The notes under the pieces were generated by a model. It had not been told where the DNA came from and made no database searches. It worked only from the letters and a program-made list of their open reading frames with translations. Shown here piece by piece: positions 56,515-64,000 of a stretch of 64,000 nt of DNA; position 1 is the first letter of the stretch, and every line of letters starts with the position of its first letter. The DNA is taken from NCBI GenBank assembly GCA_038202885.1, contig JBBREP010000005.1, forward strand, positions 15,144 through 79,143. Reading direction: 5' to 3'. The DNA comes from Acidimicrobiia bacterium (GTDB lineage Bacteria; Actinomycetota; Acidimicrobiia; IMCC26256; PALSA-610). A program made the translations under genes and the position numbers.

Positions 56515-57450
56515 TCAGCCCGCAACGATGGTGGACTCGCCGCGATTGGTGCCGTCGTGAATGAGACGGGCACGTGCCCCGGCGTCGCCGAGCAGCGTGA
56601 CGTCGAAGAAGTCGATCGATGTCTGGGTCGCGGTGCGGTCGTGGGGCGAGGGCGTGTTCTCGTACGCCTCGGGATGAATACCGGTGTGGAACGTCAGCAA
56701 CCACTTTGGCGCCGCGCTGTCGACAAAGGCCTGTTTCGCGACGGCGTAGGGCGCCGCGATGTCGGTGTCGATGTGCGCGATCAGTACGGGAATGGTGTTC
56801 TGGCCGAATGGCTGCGCGAACGGGAGACGGACGCCATCGAAAATGGCGGCGGCGCGCAGTCGCGCGTCGACACAACATGGGTCGTAGACCAACCCGTAGG
56901 TCGTGGCGCCACCAAGCGACAGTCCCGCCGCACCGATACGCGCGGTATCGATCTGTGTGCGCAGGGGCCCATGCAGGAGCTGGGTCAGCACGAAGCTGAT
57001 GTCGGCGGGTTGGTCCAGGTAATCGGTGACGATGTCGTACGGGGCCCCGCGAGTGCTCGTCAGCGGGAACTGCGGCGCCGCAACGATGTAGCCCGCGCGG
57101 GCCCAGGCACTGAACAACTGCGAGAATTTTGCGGGCGCGCCGTGATAGCCGTGCGAGAACATGATGAGTGGGCGCGGCGTCGTGGCCTTCGGCATGTAGA
57201 GGTCGGTCGGCAACGAACGACTCGCCGAGTATGCGCCATTCCCGGGCGTCGCAGTCGGTCGCGTCGTGTCGACGAACACCTCGTGACGCACGGTGACGCC
57301 GAACGGCCGATGCTCGACGACACGCGCCAAGGCGGTCGTGGTGGGTTGCCGGCTCGAACCCGTGGCCTTCGACGACGACGACGACGATGCACACGCGCCT
57401 ACCGTCAGCACGCACATGGCCACGGCGACGTGGGAGAATCTCACCGGCAT
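56515..57450 (-). CDS. Lipoprotein alpha/beta hydrolase (chlorophyllase/PAF-AH-like)
   Basis: Lipobox VGAC; MFSHG, GLSLGG nucleophile elbow, D and H in the C-terminal half; TAGGGT 7 nt before the ATG. Confidence 0.82.
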   Translation of the reverse strand: MPVRFSHVAVAMCVLTVGACASSSSSSKATGSSRQPTTTALARVVEHRPFGVTVRHEVFVDTTRPTATPGNGAYSASRSLPTDLYMPKATTPRPLIMFSHGYHGAPAKFSQLFSAWARAGYIVAAPQFPLTSTRGAPYDIVTDYLDQPADISFVLTQLLHGPLRTQIDTARIGAAGLSLGGATTYGLVYDPCCVDARLRAAAIFDGVRLPFAQPFGQNTIPVLIAHIDTDIAAPYAVAKQAFVDSAAPKWLLTFHTGIHPEAYENTPSPHDRTATQTSIDFFDVTLLGDAGARARLIHDGTNRGESTIVAG

Positions 57451-57517
57451 GGCGCGGACCCTAGCGAACGGCCAGCGAAGAGGCGAGCACGTCCGAGGCC
57501 GTTGCGCCATCGCGCGG

Positions 57518-58804
57518 CTAGGCCTTCGCTTTCCTCGCGCTCCCGGCTCGGAATGCCACCTCGATCACGAACGCGAGCGCGGTCATCGCTGCGAGCACGG
57601 AGGCGGCGCCGAAACTGCTCCTCGCGACGAGCGCGACGAGCGCACCGATGCATGCCACAGCCGCCGCGACCGACACCCATGCTCTTGACCCGCGTTCGCT
57701 CGACGTTTGTGCTTCGGCGGCGTTCACGACCGCGAAGATGATGAGGAATCCGGCACTTCCCATCGTGGCGATGTTCTGGAGATTCACGACGTTTGCGAGA
57801 ACGAGCGTTGCGCCCGCGGTGATGAACAGTCCCTCGAGGGGCCGGTTCCAAGTGAGTCGTTCCAGAGCGCTCGGTAGTTCCTTCGATTGTGCAATCGCAT
57901 AGGCCATACGCGCCGACCCGTACAGCGTCGCATTGATCGCGGATGCCGTCGAGAGCATGGCTGCGATGCCGATCATCGTGAACCCGGCCGAGCCGAAGGC
58001 CGGGCGTGCCGCCTCCGCCAAGGCGTAGTCGCGGGCGTGCACGATGGACGCGAGCGGAAGTGAGCCGACGGTAACCACGGTGACGAGCACGTACAACGCA
58101 ATCACGAAGAGCACCGAGATGTAGTACGCCGCGGTGAGGGTACGTGCCGGGGCCTCGACGTCTTCTGCGGCGTTGGCAATGAGCTCGAATCCCTCGTAAG
58201 CCAAGAAGATGATCATCCCGCCCGCGACCAGCGAGACCGGGGAGCTCCATTGCCCCGGCGCGAGTCGCGACGTCGATACCCCGAACAAGCCCACGGCAAT
58301 GAACAACAGCAAGATGGTGACCTTGATCGCCACCACACCACGTTCGACGCGAGCAACCGTCGAGGCGCCTGCGACATTGAGTATGCCGATGATGACCACG
58401 ACTGCAGTGAGGAACACGTGCTTCCACACGCCGCGAGAGGCCGACATGAAGCTCGCCGCGTAACTTCCGAAGGCTTGCGCGTACAACGCCAACATCACCA
58501 TGTAGCTCAGCCACAACAGCACGTTCACGCTGCCGGAGAACACTCCCGTGCCGAAGGCGCGGTTCACGAACGTCACAGTGCCACCGCGACTCGGATACGA
58601 CCTCGACAGCAGTGCGTACGAACGTGCGGTCAGCAGTGCGACACACCCAGCCGCCGCAAAGGCGATCGGCGCGCCCCCCTTCGCGATCTGCACCGACAGT
58701 CCAAGGACCGCGAATATCCCTCCGCCGACCATCCCACCGACCCCGATCGCGACCGCTCCCCACAATCCGACGCGAGCGGGCGCATGCGGTTGGGTCCTTG
58801 CCAC
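57518..58804 (-). CDS. APC family amino acid permease
   Basis: GGMVGGGIF, YPSRGG and FLAYEGFELIAN.AE; about 12 TM segments. Confidence 0.9.
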   Translation of the reverse strand: MARTQPHAPARVGLWGAVAIGVGGMVGGGIFAVLGLSVQIAKGGAPIAFAAAGCVALLTARSYALLSRSYPSRGGTVTFVNRAFGTGVFSGSVNVLLWLSYMVMLALYAQAFGSYAASFMSASRGVWKHVFLTAVVVIIGILNVAGASTVARVERGVVAIKVTILLLFIAVGLFGVSTSRLAPGQWSSPVSLVAGGMIIFLAYEGFELIANAAEDVEAPARTLTAAYYISVLFVIALYVLVTVVTVGSLPLASIVHARDYALAEAARPAFGSAGFTMIGIAAMLSTASAINATLYGSARMAYAIAQSKELPSALERLTWNRPLEGLFITAGATLVLANVVNLQNIATMGSAGFLIIFAVVNAAEAQTSSERGSRAWVSVAAAVACIGALVALVARSSFGAASVLAAMTALAFVIEVAFRAGSARKAKA

Positions 58805-58879
58805 TCCGCTCCAATCTGGCGCATTGCCTCGAGTGCTCCGCCCGGGTATGCCATCTGGCGCGGCACGTGGCGCCGCATC

Positions 58880-59668
58880 TCAGCACTTGCGGTTGCGGCT
58901 GTTCAAGGAGCTTTGCAGATTCGCTGCAGCAAGCACTGCAGTGTTGCGACCGCGATCGGCGGCCGGGAGGTACCAGGTGCTGTCGCCCGACGGGGCGGCA
59001 TCGGCAATGTGGTGACCAGGATGGTTCGTCGCCTTTACCGCGTCGAGCGTGAAGGCGACCGAGGTTGGGTTCGGGTTGTGGATTCCCCAAGCTCGCTCGT
59101 TCGGCCAATGCGAGCGTGGTGTGCACAGCGATGACAGGCGCAGGGCGAAGGGGACCGTCGTCGTGGTCGGGGCCGGGGCCGGGGGCGTCGTTGTGACCGC
59201 GGGCGTCGTGGACGTCGTCGCTGCAACCGTGGTCGTCGTCCCCGCGATGGACGTGGCCAGTGCGGCACATTCTCCGGTTGCGATGAGCGTGTAATCAGAA
59301 GCACTTACCGAGATGTCATAGCGCGACGACTCACCCCTGATCTGGCCATCGGCAACGAGTACGGCTTCGGTCGCGTAGGCACCGAAGCGAGCACGATGCC
59401 GCTCCTCGGCAACTTCGAGTGTTCTGTGTGCCGTCGCGCATGCCGCCGCAGCACCATCCGACGCAAGCCGCCCGACGGCGAACACGACCCCACCGCTCAA
59501 CAGTCCGAGGATGACGATCACGATCAAGAGTTCGACGAGCGTGAAGCCCCAAGACAACGGCGCGGGCCGCGCGGCCGGCGCGGCCTGGGCAGTGCGTCCG
59601 CGACGGATCAGCGGCCAGCGCACCTGGACCGTGACACGTGGGTGACGGATGATGTCCTTCCTGGTCAC
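58880..59668 (-). CDS. Type IV pilin-like protein with Thr-rich linker and C-terminal extra domain
   Basis: G|FTLVELLIVIVILGLL class III signal (cleavage at 59546/59545). The start is uncertain. Confidence 0.78.
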   Translation of the reverse strand: MTRKDIIRHPRVTVQVRWPLIRRGRTAQAAPAARPAPLSWGFTLVELLIVIVILGLLSGGVVFAVGRLASDGAAAACATAHRTLEVAEERHRARFGAYATEAVLVADGQIRGESSRYDISVSASDYTLIATGECAALATSIAGTTTTVAATTSTTPAVTTTPPAPAPTTTTVPFALRLSSLCTPRSHWPNERAWGIHNPNPTSVAFTLDAVKATNHPGHHIADAAPSGDSTWYLPAADRGRNTAVLAAANLQSSLNSRNRKC

Positions 59669-60057
59669 GCCGCCGGCCCAGACCGGCCCAGGATGTGTTT
59701 CGACACCACGAGTCGGCCCGAATGCGAGTGAGCGTCGCGACAGCCGCTTCTGGGGATGCTGTCCACGCGCTGCGTCGACACCCCGAGGCCTCTCCCCCAC
59801 GTCTACGGCGCAAAGAACCGGCACCTTGAGCATCTACAACTGGGCGCAGGAGCAATCTCACATGCCGAAGTGCGTACCGCGCGTATCTGCGTTCCGACGC
59901 GCATCATCGCTCCCACAGCCGCATTCCCACACAACCGGAGCGACCGGCGCCCGTCCGGGTGGACCAGTTCTCCCTCATCGCACGCTGACCGCGACACCGG
60001 GGTCAGGCGTGACCACGCGAATTGCAACCGACCGCGCGTGCGCGCCGTCGAGGCCGC

Positions 60058-62349
60058 TCAGATCGCGTTGAGGTCGTCGAAGGTGATGGTGATCGGAGCG
60101 TTGGCCGTATTGGCTGCGGCAAAGGCCCACAGACCGATCGAGCCTGACTGTTGTAACGCCGCGGTCGCATCGGTCGTCGACAGCGGCCAACTCGCGGGCT
60201 CGGTCGTGCCATCAGCCCAGATACGCGCCTGAATCGTGGTCGGACCAACACCACTCACTTGCGTCCGCAGCACATACGTTCCGCCCGCCGCGAACGTCAA
60301 GCCAGCAACGTTGACGTCGTTGACAACGATCGTCTCGTGTCCACCGATGATCTTGCTCAACGACAACGCAACCTTGTTCGCGCTCGTCACATGCGCCCGC
60401 ACCCGGTACTCGTTGCCGTTCGACACACGCCGAACAATCGTCGCGAAATACAACCCATTCCCAGTCGGCGCCTTATCAACACTCACACGCACCGTCGTGT
60501 CGACATCGCTCGCTTGGGCACTCAACAATCGCGCGCTCTGACCCGCAGCCGGGTTGAGCATCATCGACGCCGCAGCACCATCCACCGCGAACGCGCTCGC
60601 AGTACCGGACACACTCCACGCCCCACCCGTATCAGCAGCACCCCACCCGCCACTCACCGACCTCGAAAACGAATCCCCAGCCAACAACGACGGAGGGGGC
60701 GGCGGTGGTGGCGGCGGCGGTGGCGGCGGGCCGTCGGCGGTGACCGCGAGGTCGTCGTAGGTGATGGTGATCGGCGCGTTGGTCGTGTTGCCTGCGGCAA
60801 AGGCCCACAGCCCGATCGCGCCCGACTGCTGCAGCGCCGCGGTGCCGTCAGTAGTGGACAGCGGCCACGTCGCGGGCTCGGTCGTGCCGTCTTCCCAGAT
60901 ACGCGCCTGGATCGTGCTGGGACCAACACCACTCACCTGCGTATGCAACACATAGGTCGCACCCGCCGCGAACGTCAACCCATTCACGTTGGTGTCGTTG
61001 ACAAGGATCGTCTCGTGACCGCCGATGATCTTGCTCAACGAGACCGCAACCTTCTTCGCGCTCGTCACATGCACGCGAATGCGGTACTCGTTACCGTTCG
61101 CCGCACGCCGCACGATTGTCGCGAAATACAACCCGTTCCCAGTCGGCGCCTTATCAACACTGATACGCACCGTCGTGTCGACATCGCTCGCTTGCGTACT
61201 CAGCAATCGCGCGTTCAGACCCGAAGCCGGGTTGAGCATCATCGACGCAGCTGCACCATCCACCGCGAACGCGCTCGCAGGACCAGCCACACTCCACGCG
61301 CCGCCCGTATCTGCAGTCCCCCACCCACCACTCACCGACCTCGAAAACGAATCCGAAACCAACAACGGCGAGGGCGGAGGCAACGGCGCGAAGAAGTCGC
61401 TCATCGGCACGGCGGCGGCATCGTTCGTCGTGAGCGGCGCCAGCCCCCACCCCGATTCGATCGTCTTCAACAACGAGTAGTGGTCGTAGTGCACGTTGGA
61501 ACGCAGCCCTGCCGTGACGCTTGGGCCCGCGAGCACGGTGGCCACGCGGTTCGCGTTCCCGGCCGCGCCGTCGTCTTCGTCGAACGTCAACGCGAGCAGG
61601 GAGTTCTGGGTCGTGAACGCGGGAGAAGCGAGGATTGCGCTCACGTTCTGTTGCAGCCACGCGTCGCCGACGGCGACCGAGCAGTTGTGCATGTCGTTGC
61701 AAAGGTTCGGCGTCACCCAAGCGAAGTCCGGCGTCGTGGACGTGGATGCGAAGTCGGAGGACAACTCGGTATACGGCACGTCCTTCGAGCACTCGTCCGG
61801 CACGGTGCGGATGTTGTCGTAGTACACGAAGGGGTTGTGATGTTGGACATAGAGGCCGCTGTCGCCGAGTGCGCACGAACTCGGCATCGACTCCATGTAC
61901 GCCTTCCACGTTCGGCCCGACGCCTCGATGCGATCCACCGCGATGTTCGGCACGCTCTGGAAACAGTCGTTGCAGTTGCCAGCGGTCAATAGGTCGCCGG
62001 CGGTCAGCGCCAAGTAGTTCGGCAGGCTCCCGTGCTTGAGGGCGTAATACTGCTGCGCCAGGCCGTACTGGCCGGCGAGCGAATTGAAGTACGGCGCCGA
62101 GGGGTTGCCAATGAGCGCGCCGTAGCTCCGGTTCTCGAGGACCATCACGACGACATGGTCGAAGTTCGGCACCGCTGGCGCGTCATCGGCCGGCGCGGCG
62201 ACCGCGGCCGAAGCGGCCGACAGACTTGTCGCGGGAACACCGAGCAGAGCGCAGCCAACGGCCACCACGGCGGCGATGATGGCGCGCCTCGCACGCACGG
62301 CGCGACGCGGCCGCGCCTGTCCATCGTGGAGCGCCGCCCAGCTGTGCAC
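60058..62349 (-). CDS. Secreted phosphoesterase (acid phosphatase/PLC family) with two tandem beta-sandwich domains
   Basis: DHVV..VLENRSY, HGSLPNY, HNPFVYY, PNLCNDMH, TFDEDD and HYSLL.TIE; TACAGT 6 nt before the GTG. Confidence 0.88.
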   Translation of the reverse strand: MHSWAALHDGQARPRRAVRARRAIIAAVVAVGCALLGVPATSLSAASAAVAAPADDAPAVPNFDHVVVMVLENRSYGALIGNPSAPYFNSLAGQYGLAQQYYALKHGSLPNYLALTAGDLLTAGNCNDCFQSVPNIAVDRIEASGRTWKAYMESMPSSCALGDSGLYVQHHNPFVYYDNIRTVPDECSKDVPYTELSSDFASTSTTPDFAWVTPNLCNDMHNCSVAVGDAWLQQNVSAILASPAFTTQNSLLALTFDEDDGAAGNANRVATVLAGPSVTAGLRSNVHYDHYSLLKTIESGWGLAPLTTNDAAAVPMSDFFAPLPPPSPLLVSDSFSRSVSGGWGTADTGGAWSVAGPASAFAVDGAAASMMLNPASGLNARLLSTQASDVDTTVRISVDKAPTGNGLYFATIVRRAANGNEYRIRVHVTSAKKVAVSLSKIIGGHETILVNDTNVNGLTFAAGATYVLHTQVSGVGPSTIQARIWEDGTTEPATWPLSTTDGTAALQQSGAIGLWAFAAGNTTNAPITITYDDLAVTADGPPPPPPPPPPPPPSLLAGDSFSRSVSGGWGAADTGGAWSVSGTASAFAVDGAAASMMLNPAAGQSARLLSAQASDVDTTVRVSVDKAPTGNGLYFATIVRRVSNGNEYRVRAHVTSANKVALSLSKIIGGHETIVVNDVNVAGLTFAAGGTYVLRTQVSGVGPTTIQARIWADGTTEPASWPLSTTDATAALQQSGSIGLWAFAAANTANAPITITFDDLNAI
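60062..61370 (-). repeat. Intragenic duplication, 678-bp period
   Basis: CCTCGAAAAC occurs at 60661 and 61339. The protein repeats DSFSRSVSGGWG.ADTGGAWSV...ITIT.DDL, separated by a poly-Pro linker. Confidence 0.92.
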
Positions 62350-62425
62350 CGCACCACTGTAGTCGCGTGCGCGCTCATCGTGGTACTTCCATCACGACGG
62401 GTGAGGCACTATGCGCGGCTTGCGT

Positions 62426-63703
62426 CTACGGGGCGTGTTGGCCGCTCGCGACGACATCGAGAATCGGTTGTAGCTGGAAGGTGTCGGTGACTTCCTGGGC
62501 GGTGATGGCGAGTTTCTGAGCAATCTCATTCGCGTTGGTCAATCCCAGCAGGACGCTCACGCGCAGACGCGTGACCGGGTCGAGTTTGGGATCGCTCATC
62601 GTCTCGAACCGCGCCGCCGTGGCCTGATCGAACTTGCCATCCCTGCCGGTGATGCCGAGCGTGCCCAGGATGGTTCCGGTCACGGGCTGCTGCGGCGTGG
62701 AACCACCGCCTTTGAAGTTGCTCCACATATCCGGGTTGGTGTCGGTGCTGCCGGGGTATAGGCCAAGGCCATCGGGTGCGATGATCACATTCTGGGCGGA
62801 GTTGGGGTGTCGGGAATTGAGGAAGGCCATGGCATAGTCGTTCATCCGGCGCGCCAGTTCGGTGTTGGCGTAGGCCAGTTCCGGGTGCTTGGCCAGGACT
62901 TCGGTCATGACCATGCCGGTTTCTTCGTTCAGGATCGCTTCTTCCGTGTTGGAGACGACGCCGTCGGCATGCTGGTCTTCGTGACCGAGCAGCGCGACGA
63001 GGTACGGGAAGGCTTCGTCGCGATAGCGAGTGCTGATGACGGTGATGCGTTTGCCGAGTGTGGCGGGGTCGGCTTGGGATTGCGCGAGCGCGGTCGTAAT
63101 GGTGAGCGGACCGAATTTCATGCCGGTCCACACGCCGCTGTTGAGGAAGTCGTTGATGACGGGTTCGAATGTCGTGCCTGTCATCGATACAAAGGCGGCC
63201 CGCAGCGTGGGATCAGGGATCATGCGTTGCACCTTGGCATCGTGAAAGAGCGTCACGCCGTTGTCGATTTTGGTGTGATCGGAACCGAACTGCTCGTGCA
63301 GGTATCCCTGCAGTTGGCTTGTCACCTGAGCTTCGGTGGGCTTGGCGTTGCTGTTGGGCGCCATGGCGGAGGCGTTGGGATACACGCCCTGGTTGGGGAT
63401 CAGGAACCCGTTGCTCAGGAACTGCGAGGAGAAGATGTTGATATTTCGCGGCTGATGTTGCGCTTGGGACAAGATAGTGAGCGCCTTTGCCGCTTCTGCG
63501 TTCGTTGACGAGTTCGAGGGTGTGCTCGTAGTCGCGAGCGTTGCCCCGGACGTGGGCACCGAGGATGCCGCGGCACGGTTCACGGCGGTGTCCGATGGAC
63601 CGGGCGAGGTCCGAGGCTTGCTCGAAGCGCCGCACGCGCCGACCAACGTCAACGCGGCGAGTAACGCGAACGCGGTCGCGCTGCCATTGGTCACCCTGCG
63701 CAC
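62426..63703 (-). CDS. Lipoprotein with HExxH (HEDQH) zincin-like motif
   Basis: Lipobox LVGAC, Ser/Thr linker, then LLGHEDQH followed by EEA; CAAGAT 6 nt before GTG 63703. Confidence 0.7.
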   Translation of the reverse strand: MRRVTNGSATAFALLAALTLVGACGASSKPRTSPGPSDTAVNRAAASSVPTSGATLATTSTPSNSSTNAEAAKALTILSQAQHQPRNINIFSSQFLSNGFLIPNQGVYPNASAMAPNSNAKPTEAQVTSQLQGYLHEQFGSDHTKIDNGVTLFHDAKVQRMIPDPTLRAAFVSMTGTTFEPVINDFLNSGVWTGMKFGPLTITTALAQSQADPATLGKRITVISTRYRDEAFPYLVALLGHEDQHADGVVSNTEEAILNEETGMVMTEVLAKHPELAYANTELARRMNDYAMAFLNSRHPNSAQNVIIAPDGLGLYPGSTDTNPDMWSNFKGGGSTPQQPVTGTILGTLGITGRDGKFDQATAARFETMSDPKLDPVTRLRVSVLLGLTNANEIAQKLAITAQEVTDTFQLQPILDVVASGQHAP

Positions 63704-63838
63704 GCGGTTATCTTGCCATAGGTCGCAATTGCGTTCGGGAACGGCAACGCATTTGATCCGGGGGTCGTTTCGGCATCGTGCGCAGCTTGCGCGGGCAGTC
63801 GCGTTCTCGTCGCGCAACAGTGTGAGAGTCAGGCGAAG

Positions 63839-64000
63839 ATGCAGTCAGCTGAGGTTTCGCGCGCGGTCGCCACGGCAATGTCGACCGCCGCCGCGCTCGA
63901 CCTCAACGTCGATGACGCGACCGTGTTGCACAACTCGAACAATCTCGCGCTGCGGCTGCTGCCGTGCGACACGATGGCCCGCGTCGCACCTGTGGGACAG
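63839..64000 (+). CDS. Aminoglycoside-phosphotransferase-like protein, N-terminus only (runs off the right edge)
   Basis: Manual translation MQSAEVSRAVATAMSTAAALDLNVDDATVLHNSNNLALRLLPCDTMARVAPVGQ. Confidence 0.6.
   Translation, partial: MQSAEVSRAVATAMSTAAALDLNVDDATVLHNSNNLALRLLPCDTMARVAPVGQ

Noticed and set aside
59806-59830. GGCGCAAAGAACCGG as a c-di-GMP-I riboswitch fragment near the pilin gene
   Set aside because: It is on the strand opposite the pilin and lacks the upstream GCAAAC...GAAA hairpin.

Overview
High-GC actinobacterial chromosome segment; the gene content suggests the class Acidimicrobiia (inference). Left part: a housekeeping block with prcB-prcA, pafA, pafB-pafC-lepB, tatB-tatC, helY and a DAGK-like gene, but no arc/mpa, dop or pup. 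The rest is accessory: a Rieske/DUF1214/CoA-transferase operon, three ABC exporters, thrH, a stand-alone WYL regulator, YciI + ECF42 sigma, a CoxMSL-like molybdoenzyme, GH4/GH29 glycosidases, a cupredoxin with two ferritin-like genes, an SF2 helicase, a 1853-aa PKD/LamG surface protein, DksA-like and baeRF2 proteins, an orphan pilin and secreted enzymes. I saw no rRNA, tRNA, CRISPR array, integrase or transposase. The most interesting hidden signals are: (i) a palindromic WYL operator that forms a PafBC-type TGTCAG-N10-TACGAT promoter aimed at a 73-aa orphan protein; (ii) a C-terminal fragment of a ferritin-like gene sitting inverted between two truncated ferritin-like genes; (iii) two copies of an unannotated 49-bp inverted-repeat element bracketing DUF167, a hydrolase and baeRF2; (iv) a chain of ATGA-coupled tripeptide ORFs after helY. 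All family calls come from recognising motifs by eye; no database search was run.
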